This document shows positions 1 through 32,622 of a stretch of DNA of 64,000 nt, one piece after another (the stretch's first letter is position 1; every line of letters starts with the position of its first letter). The position numbers were made by a program, and so were the translations under genes. Below the pieces are notes generated by a model. That model did not search any database. It was not told the origin of the DNA and worked only from the letters and a program-made list of their open reading frames with translations. The DNA comes from the human T2T-CHM13v2.0 reference genome, Homo sapiens, in NCBI RefSeq assembly GCF_009914755.1, contig NC_060929.1; one strand, 5' to 3'.

Positions 1-308
<308 letters not shown>

Positions 309-711
309 CTGAGACAGGTCCATTTTGTTCTTCCTTCCTGATGTCCCTTAAGACATTTCCTGGCGGGCTCCTCCTAGCTGTTTCCAGCAGTGACATCACT
401 TTAGATCTCTCTTTTGTCTCTAGTCACACAGGGTTCTCCCACTCTGCACTCAGTGAGTCTTTGCACAGTGGCAGGGAAGAAATGCCTACTGTTTTTTGTA
501 CCTTTCCCTTGCTTCTCACCCCTCCCCACAACAAGGCTATTAAAATGATCAAGTGTTCCACACAAAAAAAAAAACCCCAAGAAAATGAAGTAAACCTTCT
601 CTCAACCTTGCTCCAGGTTTCTCCCACTGTCCCCCTCCCCCAGCCAAACCCCCATCTCACCTGGGATGGAATTTTCCATCCCTAGTATTGGGAGCAGAAG
701 GACAGAGCCTA

Positions 712-1169
<458 letters not shown>

Positions 1170-1279
1170 AGGACCGCTTCTTAAGGTGAGTGCTCCCCAA
1201 GACTCTGTTCTTGGGACACTTCCAGTCCCACTTCCCACTTCCTCCTGGGCAAGCAGCTGATAGCCCTGACACCATCCAT

Positions 1280-1500
1280 CGTCTGTCTCTAGCTCCAGCA
1301 CCTCTTTCTCTGTAAGTTCAGATCTGTGTATCCTACCTTGTGCCTATTGGATTTTATTGCATGGATGTCCCACAAGCATAACAAATAAATGTCTGCAACT
1401 TTTTCTCAAGCCAGTTCCTGCCTCTGGGTTTCTTATCCCTGGAAAGGGCGTTGACCCCTGGGCTAAGAACTCAAGCCATAAATCTGAGCATCAGCCTTGC
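1280..1500 (+). mobile_element. L2 LINE fragment (degraded)
   Basis: Pyrimidine-rich CTCCAG...GGATGTCCCACAAGCA...CCTGCCTCTGGGTTTCTTATC resembles the L2 3' region. Confidence 0.5.
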
Positions 1501-1521
1501 TTAGTTTTCTCCATTTTCATC

Positions 1522-1935
1522 AGTTATCAAGTGCTGTGTAACAAGTCACCCCAATATGTAATGGTTTAAACCCACCATGGTTTATTGCTTCCTGTGACTC
1601 TTCTGGTTTCACCTGGGCTCCCTTAATGTGGCTTCATTCGACTGGGGGTTGGCTGGAAGGTCCCAAATGGCCTCACTCTCCCACTGGCCTTGATTCCCTC
1701 CTAGTGGCCTCCCTCTCTCAGTATTCAGTGGTCTAGCCTGAGTACCTTTAAATGGCAGCTGGGAATGACAAAGCTGGGAAGTGGCAGTCACTTTCACCAT
1801 ATTCTCTCCGTCAAAGCATCACAGGGGCAGCCCAAGTTCAAGGGCTGCAGACACAGACTCCACCTCTTGATGAGTGGGGTGGCATACCTATACAGGGATG
1901 GGGGGCAATGTTGTCCATAGAGATGCCCACAGCAC
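1522..1935 (-). mobile_element. MLT1-family MaLR LTR
   Basis: GCTGTGTAACAAGTCACCCCAA...GCCCAAGTTCAAGGG...ACAGACTCCACCTCTTGATG motifs. Confidence 0.75.
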
Positions 1936-1978
1936 CCCCTGTATCCAATCGGACATCAGGCCAGCAGCTGCGCCCCCA

Positions 1979-2473
1979 GGTGGTAGACTGGTAGCACACA
2001 TGACCTCAATTCTTTCCCCCATCTGGATCTGTGCCCTTGGCTGTCTAACTTTGCCCTCCTACGTGTGGGGAGGGGGTTCTATTCTACCCCTTAACTCTGG
2101 GCTCAGGCATGTGACTTATTTTAGCAAATGTGACACAAGCAAAAACTTATAATAGGGCTTTTGCCTGTTTCACTCTCTCTCTGGCTCTCCTGCAATCACT
2201 AGGAGAAGGTCTGGGTTGACCCACGGGAGGTAAAACATGTGGAACTGAGCTGAGCCACCTCAGTGCTCTCAGCCAAGGCCATCTTAAACCAGCGGCCCTG
2301 AGACACATGAGAAGAATCCAGCCAATAGCTGCAGATCCAGCCATCCAGATCCACAGCTGGCTGTAGATGCGTGAGTCCAGGAGAACCACCCAGCCCGTGC
2401 ACTGGCTGGTGAACTAGCTAAATGCTGATTGTTTGACACTGCTGAATTTGGGGTGGCTATAGACAACTGACAC
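1979..2473 (+). mobile_element. MLT1(F/G/H)-like MaLR LTR
   Basis: TG...CA ends; CATGTGACTTATTTTAGC, GGCCATCTTAAACCAGC, TTTGGGGTGG...ACAACTGACA. Confidence 0.75.
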
Positions 2474-2544
2474 TCCGTGCCTTCCAGCATCCCTCCTGCC
2501 TCAGCTCAGGCCCTCCTCCTTCTCCTGGGCCTGCAACAGTGTTT

Positions 2545-2830
2545 GTTTCAGCCGGGATATGCTAGTCTATGCTGCTAAAACAGACATCCCCAAACTGAAG
2601 TGACTCAAGGCAACCAAGTTTATTTTGGCACTTGCTCCATATGTCACTTCATGGACAGAGGCCTCTGCTCCCTGTGGTTCCTCAGGGACACAGACTGAAA
2701 CTCCACCGTGTCCTGTGGCCCCTTTTGAACACAGAGGACACAAGCCAGGGGTTTTACACTGGTTTTGAAATGTTTCCACTAGAAATGACACCTATCTGCC
2801 AACTTTTCATTGGCTATAATTAGTCACACA
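2545..2830 (-). mobile_element. MLT1(J/K)-like MaLR LTR fragment
   Basis: TATGCTGCTAAAACAGACATCCCCAAA...AGAAATGACAC...TTCATTGGC...AGTCACA. Confidence 0.6.
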
Positions 2831-3120
2831 GGTCAGGTGCAGTGGCTCACACCTGTAATCCCAGCACTTTAGGAGGCCAAGGCAGGAGGATTGCTCGAGG
2901 CCAGGAGTTGGAGAACAGCCTGGGCAACATAGTGAGACCCTGTCTCTACAAAAAATGTAAAAATTAACTGGGCATGGTGGTGCGTGCCTGTAGTCCCAGC
3001 TACTTGGGAGGCTAAGGCAGGAGGATTGCTGGAGTTGGAGGCTGCAATGAGCGATGAGCTATTATCACACTACTGCACTCCAGCATGGGCAGCATACTGA
3101 GACCTTGTCTCATAAAAAAA
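2831..3120 (+). mobile_element. AluJ SINE
   Basis: GGAGGATTGCTCGAGGCCAGGAG and GGGCAACATAGTGAGACCC are J-type diagnostics; small internal deletion in the right arm. Confidence 0.93.
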
Positions 3121-3129
3121 TTATATATA

Positions 3130-3567
3130 TTTAAAAATAGAGTCCAGAAATTGTTCACTGATTTTCAATGAAGGTTCAAGGTTATTTTTTGGAGAAAGGC
3201 TAGCTTTTTCAACCAATGGTATTGGAACAATTGGATATCCAAACAGAAAAAAATGAACTTCAACTATATTTCACACCACATACAAAATTTACCTACAAAA
3301 ATTTACTCCAAATGGATCAGAGACCTAAATGTCGAGTCTAAAACTATAACATGTCCAGAAGGAAAAATAGGAGAAAATCTTTGTGTTGTTGTATTCAGTA
3401 AATCTTTCTTAGATATAATATCAAAAACACAATACATAAAAAAAGAACAAATAAAATCTCATCAAAATTAAGAATGGCTCTTCAAAAGACACTTTTAAGA
3501 GAATAAAAGGACAAGCTACAGTCTAGGAAAAAACATTTGTCAAACACATAATTGATAAAAGACTTCC
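3130..3567 (+). mobile_element. Old L1M LINE fragment (ORF2 3' region)
   Basis: TTTTCAACCAATGGTATTGGAACAATTGGATATCC...AAATGGATCAGAGACCTAAATGT; ORF 3253-3471 (SKWIRDLNV) resembles L1 ORF2. Confidence 0.85.
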
Positions 3568-3705
3568 AGCCGGGTGCAGTGGCTCACCCCTGTAATCCCA
3601 GCACTTTGGGAGGCCAAGGCAGGCAGATCACCTGAGGCCAGGAGTTCGAGACCAGCCTGGCCAACATAGTGAAACCCCTATCTCTACTAAAAATACAAAA
3701 ATTAG
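3568..3705 (+). mobile_element. AluS left arm only, truncated at the linker and fused to satellite
   Basis: GCCGGGTGCAGTGGCTCA...CTACTAAAAATACAAAAATTAG followed directly by satellite GAGTAATATC. Confidence 0.92.
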
Positions 3706-5560
3706 GAGTAATATCTTTCTACAATATTACAAATAGTATCACAACGTGTCCACACATGGTGTACACCCACTGTGATATCTGGAGTAATATCTTCCCATGA
3801 TATTACAAGTAATATCACAGGGTGGTTTCCCACTGTTATATTAGGAGTAGTATCTTCCTACAGTATCACAAATAATATCACAAGGTATACACACATTTTG
3901 TACACACAGTGTGATATTAGGAGTAATATCTCTATGATATGAAAAATAACACAGGGTGTACACCCAAAGTGATTTCAGGAGTAATATCTCCCTATGATAT
4001 TAAGATTAATATCACAGTGATGTTAGGAGTCATATCTCTATGATATTATGAATAATGTCACTGGGTGTAAACACATGGTGTACACCCTCTGTGATATGAG
4101 TAATCTTCTATGATATGGATAATATTACATGGTCTACACCCTCTGTGATATTATGAGTAATCTTCTATGATATGGATAATATTACATGGTGTACACCCCC
4201 TGTGATATTAGGAGTAATTTCTCAAGGATATATTTTACATAATATCACAGGGGTTTACACACACATGGTGTACACACCCCTATGATATTACCAGTAATGT
4301 CTTGAGGATATATTATGCATAATATCACTGGGGGTGTACGTACATATGGTGTACACCTGCTATGATATTAGCAATAATTGCTCAAGGATATATTATGCAT
4401 AATATCACAGGGGGTGTACAGAAACAGGTATACTCCTTCTGTGATATTAGCAGTAATGTCTTGAGGATATTTTATGCATAATATGTGTACACCCACTGTG
4501 ATATTACCAGTAATGTCTTGAGGGTATATTATGCATAATATCACAGGGTGTACACCCACGGTGATTCTAACAGTAATATCTTGAGAAATTATGCATAATA
4601 ACAGAGAGTTACCCGCACTATGATAGTAGCAGTAATATCTCGAGGACGTTATGCTTAGTATCACGGGCTGTACACACAGAGCGCAAACCCATGGTGTTAT
4701 TAGTGGTAATATCTCAAGGAAATTATTCCTAATATCATGGGGTATACACACAGGTTGCACACTTAGGGTGATATTAGCAGTAACATCTAGAGGACATTAA
4801 GCCTAATATCGTGGGGTGTACTGACAAGGTGTGCACCTTTGGTGACATGAACAGTAATATCTCAAGAATATTATGCCTGATATAACAGGGTGTACACACA
4901 GGGTGCACACCCACAGTGATATTCGCAGTCATATCTCGAGGATATTATGCCTAATATTACAGGGTGTACACACAGGATGTACATCCACTATGATATTAGC
5001 AGTGAGAATATTATGCACAATATCACAGTGGTTGTACACCCTGTGTGTACACCCTGTAATATTAGCAGTGTGATACCGCACTGTGATATTAGCAGTCATA
5101 TCTCGAGGACATTATTATGCATGACATCACGTGTACACCCACTGTGATATTAGCAGTCTTATGTCAGTGATATTCTTATGCATGATATCTCAGGGTGTAC
5201 ATGCCAGTTGTATACCCAATGTGACTTTAGCAGTCATATTTTGAGGATATTTTTATGCATGATATCACAGGGTGTACGCACAGGCTGTACACCCACTGTT
5301 ACACCAGCAGCCATATTTTGAGGATATTATTAATCGGGATATCACAGGGTGTACACCCACTGTGACAGTGGCAGTCATGTCTCAAGGATATTATGCAGGA
5401 CAGCACAGGGTGTACGCACAGGGTGTACCCTTACTGTGACAGTAGCAGTCATATCTCGATTATATTATGCAGGATATCACAGGGTGTACACTGTGTGTAC
5501 AGTGTGTACGGTGATAGCAGCAGTCATTTCTCAAGGGTATTATTATGCAGGATATCATAG
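3706..5560 (-). repeat. SATR1/SATR2-type satellite, opposite orientation to the main array
   Basis: Tandem TGTGATATTAG(G/C)AGTAATATCTC...AATATCACAGGGTGTACAC units; reverse complement of the units at 48525-52790. Confidence 0.85.
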
Positions 5561-5639
5561 TGTGTTGACACTACATATGATAAATGCCATTTGCCTGTCT
5601 ACACACAGGGTTATTATTGTGATATTACTGTGTGAAATT

Positions 5640-6580
5640 ACTGTGATATTACTGAAATATCCCTCTGATATTTATCATATTACAGTGTTGACATGGAGTG
5701 TTTACGCTGTGATATTAATGAAATATCACTCTGATGTTTATTATATCACAGTGCTTACACACTGTGATATTAATAAAATATCACTCTGATATTAATAAAG
5801 TATCATTCTGATATAATATCCAATGATTACACACTATGATATGAATGAAATATCACTATGATGTTAATATCACAGTGTGTACACACTGTGATTTCAATGA
5901 AATATCACTCTGATATTTATAATATCCAGTGTTTATACACCATGATATTAATGAAACATTGCTCTGATATTTATAATATTCATTGTTTACACACTGTGAT
6001 ATTAATGAAATATCGCTCTGGCATTTATAATATCGAGTGTTTATACACTGTGATATTAGTGAAATATCACTCTGGCATTTATAAGATCCAGTGTTTACAC
6101 ACTGTGATATTAATAAAATATTGCTCTGACATTTATAGTGTCCAGTGTTTATACACTGTGATAATATTGAAATATTGGTCTGACATTTATAATATCCAGT
6201 GCTTACACACCAAGATATTAATGAAATATCCCTCTTCTATTTATAATATCCAGTGTTTACACACTGTGATATTAATGAAATATTGCTCTGATATTGATAA
6301 TATCCAGTGTTTACACACTGTGATATTAAGGAAATATTGCAGTGATATTTATAATATCCAGTGTTTATACACAGTGCTTACACACTGTGATATTAATGAA
6401 ATATTGCAGCGTTATTTATGATACCCAGTGTTTACACACTGTGATATTAATGAAATATCGCTCTGATATTGATAATATCCAGTTACACACTGTGATATTA
6501 ATGAAATATCACTCTGATACTTATAATAGCCAGTGTTCACACACAGTGTTTACACCTTGTGATATTAATGAAATATCGCT
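5640..6580 (-). repeat. 54-bp SATR-related minisatellite (GTTTAC-centred)
   Basis: Unit CAGTGTTTACACACTGTGATATTAATGAAATATTGCTCTGATATTTATAATATC. Confidence 0.85.
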
Positions 6581-7420
6581 GTAATAGTTATCATATTTAG
6601 TGTCAATGCACTATGGTATTAATGAAATATCACTGTGGTATTCATCATATCTAATGTCAAAACAGTATGGTATTAATGAAATATCACTGTGATATTTATC
6701 ATATCTAGTGTCAATGCACTGTGGTATTAAGTAAATATTGCTGTGATACTTATCATATCATATCTAGTGTTGATGCGCTATGGTATTAATGAAATATCAC
6801 TGTGGTATTTATCATATCTAATGTCAACACACTATGGTGTTAATGAAATATCGCTGTGATATTTACCATATGTAGCGTCAACGCACTATGGTATTAATGA
6901 AATATCGCTGTGATATTTATCATATCTAATGACAACGAACTATAGTATTAATTAAATATTGCTGTGGTATTTCTTATATCTAGTGTCAACGCACTATCTT
7001 ATTAAGGAAATATTGCTGTGATATATATATATGGTCATACGTAGTGTCAATGCACTATGGTATGAATGAAATATCGCTGCGACATTTATCTCATATCTAA
7101 TGTCAATGCAGTGTAGTATTAATGAAATATCGCTGTGATATTTATCATATCATATTTAGTGTCAACGCACTATGATAGTAATAAAATATCTCTGTGGCAC
7201 TTATCATATGTAGTGTCAACGCACTATACTAATGAAATATCACTGTGCTATATATCATATCTATTGTCAACGGACATGAAATTTCACTATGATATTTATC
7301 ATATAATATCTAGTGTCAATACATTATGGTATTAATGAAATGTCGCTGTGATATTTGTCATATCTAATGTCAACACACTATGGTAGTAATGAAATATTGC
7401 TGTGATATTTATCGTATCTA
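6581..7420 (-). repeat. ~54-bp SATR-related minisatellite (GTCAAC-centred)
   Basis: Unit TAGTGTCAACGCACTATGGTATTAATGAAATATCGCTGTGATATTTATCATATC. Confidence 0.8.
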
Positions 7421-10488
<3,068 letters not shown>

Positions 10489-10494
10489 TGTGTG

Positions 10495-10728
10495 TGTATA
10501 TATATATGAAATAAATCATTAATACCATACAAAGCATTTTCCACATAACAAATGCTCTTGGAGACCATACCACTTCGAGTTATAAACATCTCTTCCTTTT
10601 TGGTAGCTGTGTAGTACTCCATGGTACGGATGTACCATTATTTATTTGACCATTCTCTATGGCTGAGCATTTGAGTTGTTCCCTGACTTCTGCTACTACA
10701 AGCACTGGTGCAATAAATATCTTTTCTC
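10495..10728 (-). mobile_element. L1ME-type LINE 3' UTR, upstream half
   Basis: Reverse complement reads ...GAATGGTCAAATAAATAATGGTACATCC...GGTCTCCAAGAGCATTTGTT...TATATATATACACACAC; probably continues at ~11000-11085. Confidence 0.75.
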
Positions 10729-10737
10729 GTGCAATTT

Positions 10738-10997
10738 CTTTAAGTCAAGTTTATTGAGGTACAATGTTCACGCAGTGAAATTCTCCTTCTTCAGCACATA
10801 GTTACTGAGTCCTGAATAAGTCATACAGGGATGCCCCTACTCACAGCCAAGATTAGAGCATTTCCATCACCACAGGGAGTCTTCTTGTCCCTTCCCCCTG
10901 CCACCAATAGGGCCCTTGGTCCTCACAAATGCCACATAAAAGGAATCAAGTAAGATGCAGTCCTTTGAATCTAGTACTCTCACTTAGCATAATGCTA
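10738..10997 (-). mobile_element. L1MB/ME-type LINE 3' end nested in the L1ME
   Basis: TTTATTGAGGTACAA...CATTTCCATCACCACAG...TCACTTAGCATAATG. Confidence 0.7.
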
Positions 10998-11100
10998 AAA
11001 GCAAATATCCTTCCATATACGCATCTGGGCATGTGTGAGAACTTCAGAAGAAGCTGCGGGATTGAAGAGCGTGTGTATTTTTTACTTGTTATATATCATC

Positions 11101-11478
<378 letters not shown>

Positions 11479-12286
11479 TAGTGCATATATTCCTGTTATA
11501 GTTACATAGTGCATATACGTGCATATATTCCTGTTCTAAGGGTCTCTATGGGGAGCACACAGGGTTTTCCTTGAGCCCTGGCTCAGATGCCAACAGATCC
11601 CACTCAGGTGTGGCGGCTTCTGCCTGTTTGACTTGGTTGGGATCCCAGTGGTCTGGGTGTTGGGGAGCTCAGGCATGAACACCAAGGCCAGAAAGTGGCT
11701 CCCCAAGATTCCCCCAAACTGATGCCAGTTACAGGGCTGCTGTGGAGGGGAAGGCAGAGCCTTAGAAAAACACAGCAAGAGGCCAAAAAATGCCCGTTGG
11801 TGATTTTCAGAGTGGACTGCTCTCTGCAGGCTGGAAGTGTCTGGGACCTTGCTCAGCTGGGCTCCAGGTCAGCTGCTGGAGTGATTTGGGGAGTTGAGTG
11901 AGGATAGATGCCATGAAAGTCTGCCATCCACAGAGTGAAACTAAGTCACCCGGGAAATTGAGCCGATTGTCGGCCACTTGGGGCTTTTGCCTGATTTTCC
12001 TAAGCAAGGTGGGGCTTCTTGAAGGAAAGAATTAATCTCAAATTTCTGATATTCGACTTTGGATATTTAACATATGTAGATAAAATATGATCTCTACTTC
12101 CATGTGTGTACATGTGTATAACCAGTGTGCATTTTTCCCTGGTGTAAAGAAAAATAAGAACCTATGTCAAGAGTATAACAGTAAAGCAGAGTGCAGTCTG
12201 CAAGGTGTAGTATTTTTGTTTGGAAAGTGACATTTTTAGTTCCTCCATGAAATCTTTTACTGATTCCAAATAATGTATTTAACATT

Positions 12287-12578
12287 GACCAGGCATGGTG
12301 GCTCATTCCTGTAATTCCAACACTTTGGGAGACCAAGGAGTGGAGGATAGCTTGAGCCCAGGAGTTCCAGACCAGCCTGAGCAACATGGTGAGACCCCCC
12401 AATCTCTAAAAATAAAAATAAAAATAAAAATTAATTAGCCGGGCATGGTGGCGCACCTGTAGTCCCAGATATTCAGGAGGCTGAGGTGAGAGGATCACTT
12501 GAGCCCAGGAGGTTGAGGCTGCAATGAGCCATTATCTCACCACTGAACTCCAGCCTGGATGACAGACCAAGACCCAAC
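12287..12578 (+). mobile_element. AluJ SINE lacking its own tail
   Basis: GGAGGATAGCTTGAGCCCAGGAG diagnostics; ends at AAGACCC where an L1PA begins. Confidence 0.92.
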
Positions 12579-12581
12579 CGC

Positions 12582-12758
12582 ATGGGGGAGGGATAGCATT
12601 AGGAGATATACCTCATGTAAAGGACGAGTTAATGGGTGCAGCACACCAACATGGCACATGTATACATATGTAACAAACCTGCATGTTGTGCACATGTACC
12701 CTAGAACTTAAAGTATAATTAAAATATATATATAAAAAAAGAAGAAAGAAAAAGAAAA
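12582..12758 (+). mobile_element. 5'-truncated young primate L1PA 3' end with poly-A
   Basis: GGGGGAGGGATAGCATTAGGAGATATACC...GTACCCTAGAACTTAAAGTATAAT plus A-rich tail. Confidence 0.93.
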
Positions 12759-13321
12759 CTGAACTATATTCTCCTTTTATTTGTTAATTGTTACAAAACC
12801 ATAAAACTAACCAAAAATGTAACCATTACTGAAAATGTTGTACAGTAGAGGAAAGTGTTTAAAAAAATGATCTACTCCAATGCAAATACCCTAGCTCCAC
12901 CACACCACTGCTTAGAGGCCTCTCGTCCATCACCAGAAGATTGTTTTCAATCTCTCTTAAACCGTATTCATGGGAAACACATTCTCTTTCTGAAATGCCA
13001 GATGGCTGGCAGAATCCTACCCTGTGTGGGCAGTGGAGGAGGAGGGTCGGTGAGATGGAAGAGGTGAGACCTCACTGTCCCCAGGAGCAGGATTCCAGAT
13101 CCTGCGCCCCCCACTTGGCCTCCCACACTTTGGATGCTCCAGGCCAAGGTTGATGGGCCATTTTCCTGCCATCGCTGCCTGGAACCTGCCCAGATTGTTT
13201 TAAGACAGCTGCTTGAGCTCCATGGGCTGGAAAGGGACTGTGCTGCATCTGTGAACCTGATATGAAACCCATCTGTCTGCCGAAGGAATGCATTGGAGAC
13301 TGTCTTAGGTGACAGCTGGCA

Positions 13322-13487
13322 CAGCACTGTCCGACAGAAGTTTCTGTAGAAATGTGCTGTTCTGTAGAAATGTACTGTTCTGTGCAGCCACATGTGGCTA
13401 CTGAGCACTTGAAATGTGGTTAGCCAACTTTTAATTGAAATTTAAATGGCCGCACGTGGCCAGTGGCTATCATGTTGAACAGCACGG
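13322..13487. mobile_element. MER3 DNA transposon
   Basis: CAGCACTGTCC...GCCACATGTGGCTACTGAGCACTTGAAATGTGG...TTGAACAGCAC. Confidence 0.8.
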
Positions 13488-13499
13488 GGCTAGGAAATC

Positions 13500-13745
13500 T
13501 ATGTGTGCTAATGTGGAATAACCATGCAGATGGATGCATGAGGTGCAGGGAGAGGCAAGGGCCCAATCTGCTGTTATTTGCTGAAAATGGGGGTGAAGGG
13601 TGGTGTTTGCAGAGGCACACATCGTGCTGGAAGGACTGAGGACAGGAGAGGAGCTGGCAGAGGGCAAGAGGGAGATTTTCCAGGTGTGCTCTTGTGTACA
13701 TTTTGTATTTTGAACCACGCTAATGTATTACTAATTCCAAATATT
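13500..13745 (+). mobile_element. L1ME-type 3' terminal fragment
   Basis: TGTACATTTTGTATTTTGAACCACGCTAATGTATTAC resembles the L1ME3/4 terminus. Confidence 0.5.
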
Positions 13746-13799
13746 GATCTATTGAAAGATATTGCTAAATGGCTGCAGGGGAGGAGCAGAACATTGCTG

Positions 13800-14360
13800 G
13801 GTATTATTATAGCATATGGGTATATTATATGCTATATGGGTATATTATAGTATATAATATGTGTCTTGGGTCAGGGGATGTGTCCACAGTGAGTGTGCGG
13901 GTAACTATGAAAGAATGGGAGTGTGAATGTGAGTGCAGGAGTGTTGAGTATATAAGAACGGGAGTGAGAATGAGTGTGTGCGTGTGTAAGTTGAATATGA
14001 GTGTGTGCATATGCAAATACAAATTGAGCATGTGTGTAGGTTAGAGGATGGGTGTGTGAGAGCATAGTGTGAATGTGTATAAATGTGAGTGTGGATGTGT
14101 GAGTTTGTAAAAGAATCAGTGGGAGAACTGCAGTGTGTGAGTGTGAGAAACAGCAAATGTGAGTGTGTGAATGTGTGTTTGTGTGGCTGAGTATGGGTGT
14201 GAGTAGGGGTAAGTGTGTGTGACAGTGTAAGAGTATGTGTGTGCATGTGTATATGTGAACGTGAGAGAGTTTGAGTTCTGTGTGTGAGAGAGTGAACCTG
14301 GAGGGGCGTGAGGCTGTGTGTCAGTGTGGGTGAATATGTGTGTGCATTGTGTGTGAGATC
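13800..14360. repeat. Degenerate (TG)n/(TGAG)n low-complexity tract
   Basis: About 550 bp of interrupted GTGT/GAGT dinucleotide runs. Confidence 0.85.
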
Positions 14361-15005
14361 AGGCATGGGAGTCATCCAGGAAGAAAAAGACAGTTGAAAC
14401 ACAAACCCTGACCGTGGAGAGCTCACAGCCTGGCATGGGAGGAGGACGGGAAATCCCTCAGTGAGAACCACACAATAAGATGGTGGAAATTTAATTTGCT
14501 GGCATTTGACTCACGGGGCTAGCTGTGCTTGGAGAAATGCTTCCTAAGGGCCTGGCATACAAGGTGGTAGCAGCAGCAATGGCATCTGTTAGGTTTTGAG
14601 CCCCTGCCATGGCAGAGCCTCCTGAGTTGAGAACTTCATGGTGTCATCCCCCTGCCATGTCTACCCACAGCCCCAGCTCAGGACCTGCCCGTAGTGGGCA
14701 CCCAGCACCCTCCAGCCAGCCCAGGAGCAGCTACACAGCCTCACTTGTCCCTGTTTACCCAGCCCCAGATCCCACAAGCGCTGGAGGCAACGTGATATTC
14801 TATGGAGGAGGAGGAGGGGAAGAAAGAGGGAATCCCTCGAGGAGGGGAAGAAAGAGGGAATCCTTCAGATCAAATGAGCCCTCAGCACCACTCAAGCCAA
14901 CAGGTGTTCCACTGGCCCACCTTATGGCAGGCAGGAAACTTGTCTAAACTTTGTCTTTCTCGAAGCCAAAATTTGTGACTGGAGGTGGCTCCAAGCAGTG
15001 CTTAG

Positions 15006-31560
<16,555 letters not shown>

Positions 31561-31574
31561 ACACTGTGTGTTCA

Positions 31575-32622
31575 CCCCCCTTGTCCCATAGATCGTAATG
31601 TCCGGGTGGGGAGATGGTGATATTATTCCCCATGGAACGGGGGATGGAACACCTCCCTTGCTCCATGGATCGTAATCTCCAGGGAGGGAGGGGCTGATTT
31701 ACTCCCCTTGGGGCGGGAGGTGGAACCCTCCCCGCCGCTTGCCCTATGGATTGTAATATCCAGTGGGGGAAAGGGTGATATTACTCCCTATGCGGCGGGA
31801 AGTGGAACACCCCCTTTGCCCCATGGATGGTAATATCCAGGCGGGAGGGGGTGATATTACTCACCATGGGGCAGGGTGTGGAACACCCCCTTGCCCCATG
31901 GATCGTAATATCCAGGGGGGGAGAGGGTGATAATGCTCCCCATGGGGCGAGGGGTGGAACACCCGCCTTGCCCCATGGATTGTAATATCCAGGAAAAGAG
32001 AGGTTGATAATGCTCCCCATGGGGAGAGGGGGGTGGAACACCCCTTGCCCAGTGGATCATAATATCCAGAGGGGAGAGGGAGAGGGTGATGTTACTCTCC
32101 ATGGGGCGGGGGTGAAACATCCCCCTTGCCCCATGGATCGTAATATCCAGGGGGCGAGAGGGTAACATTACTCCCCATAGGGCGGGGGTGGAACACCTCT
32201 TTTGCCTCATAAATTGTAATAACCAGGTGGGGAGGTGGTGACATTACTCACCATGGGGCGGGGTGTAGAGCATCCTTCTTGTCCCATACATTGTAAATCA
32301 ATGGGGAAAGGGGGTGATATTACAGCCCATGGGGCGGGGGTTGAAACACGCGCCTTGCTCCATGGATCCAGTGGGGGAGACGGTGGTATTTCTCCCCGTG
32401 GGGCTGGGGGTGGAACACCTTCTTTGCCCCATGGATTCTAATATCCTGGGGTGGGGGAGGGTGATATTACTCCCCATGAGCAGAGGGTGGAACACCCCCC
32501 TTGCTCCATGGATCATATCCAAGTGGGGAGACGGTACTATTACTCCCCATGGGGCAGGGGTGTAAAACCCTCCTTGCACCATGGATCGTATATTCAGAGG
32601 GGAGAGGGTGATATTACTCCCA
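31575..32622 (+). repeat. SATR variant C (CCATGGGGC...TGGAACA...GCCCCATGG)
   Basis: Run of GC-rich monomers with remodelled palindrome arms. Confidence 0.85.

Noticed and set aside
5858-6421. 187-aa Cys/His-rich ORF with 18-aa repeats (CLHTVILMKYCSDIYNIQ)
   Set aside because: It is a direct translation of the 54-bp unit (divisible by 3), with no zinc-finger spacing and no gene context.
13905-14471. 188-aa His/Thr-rich ORF
   Set aside because: It is a translation of a degenerate (CA)n tract.
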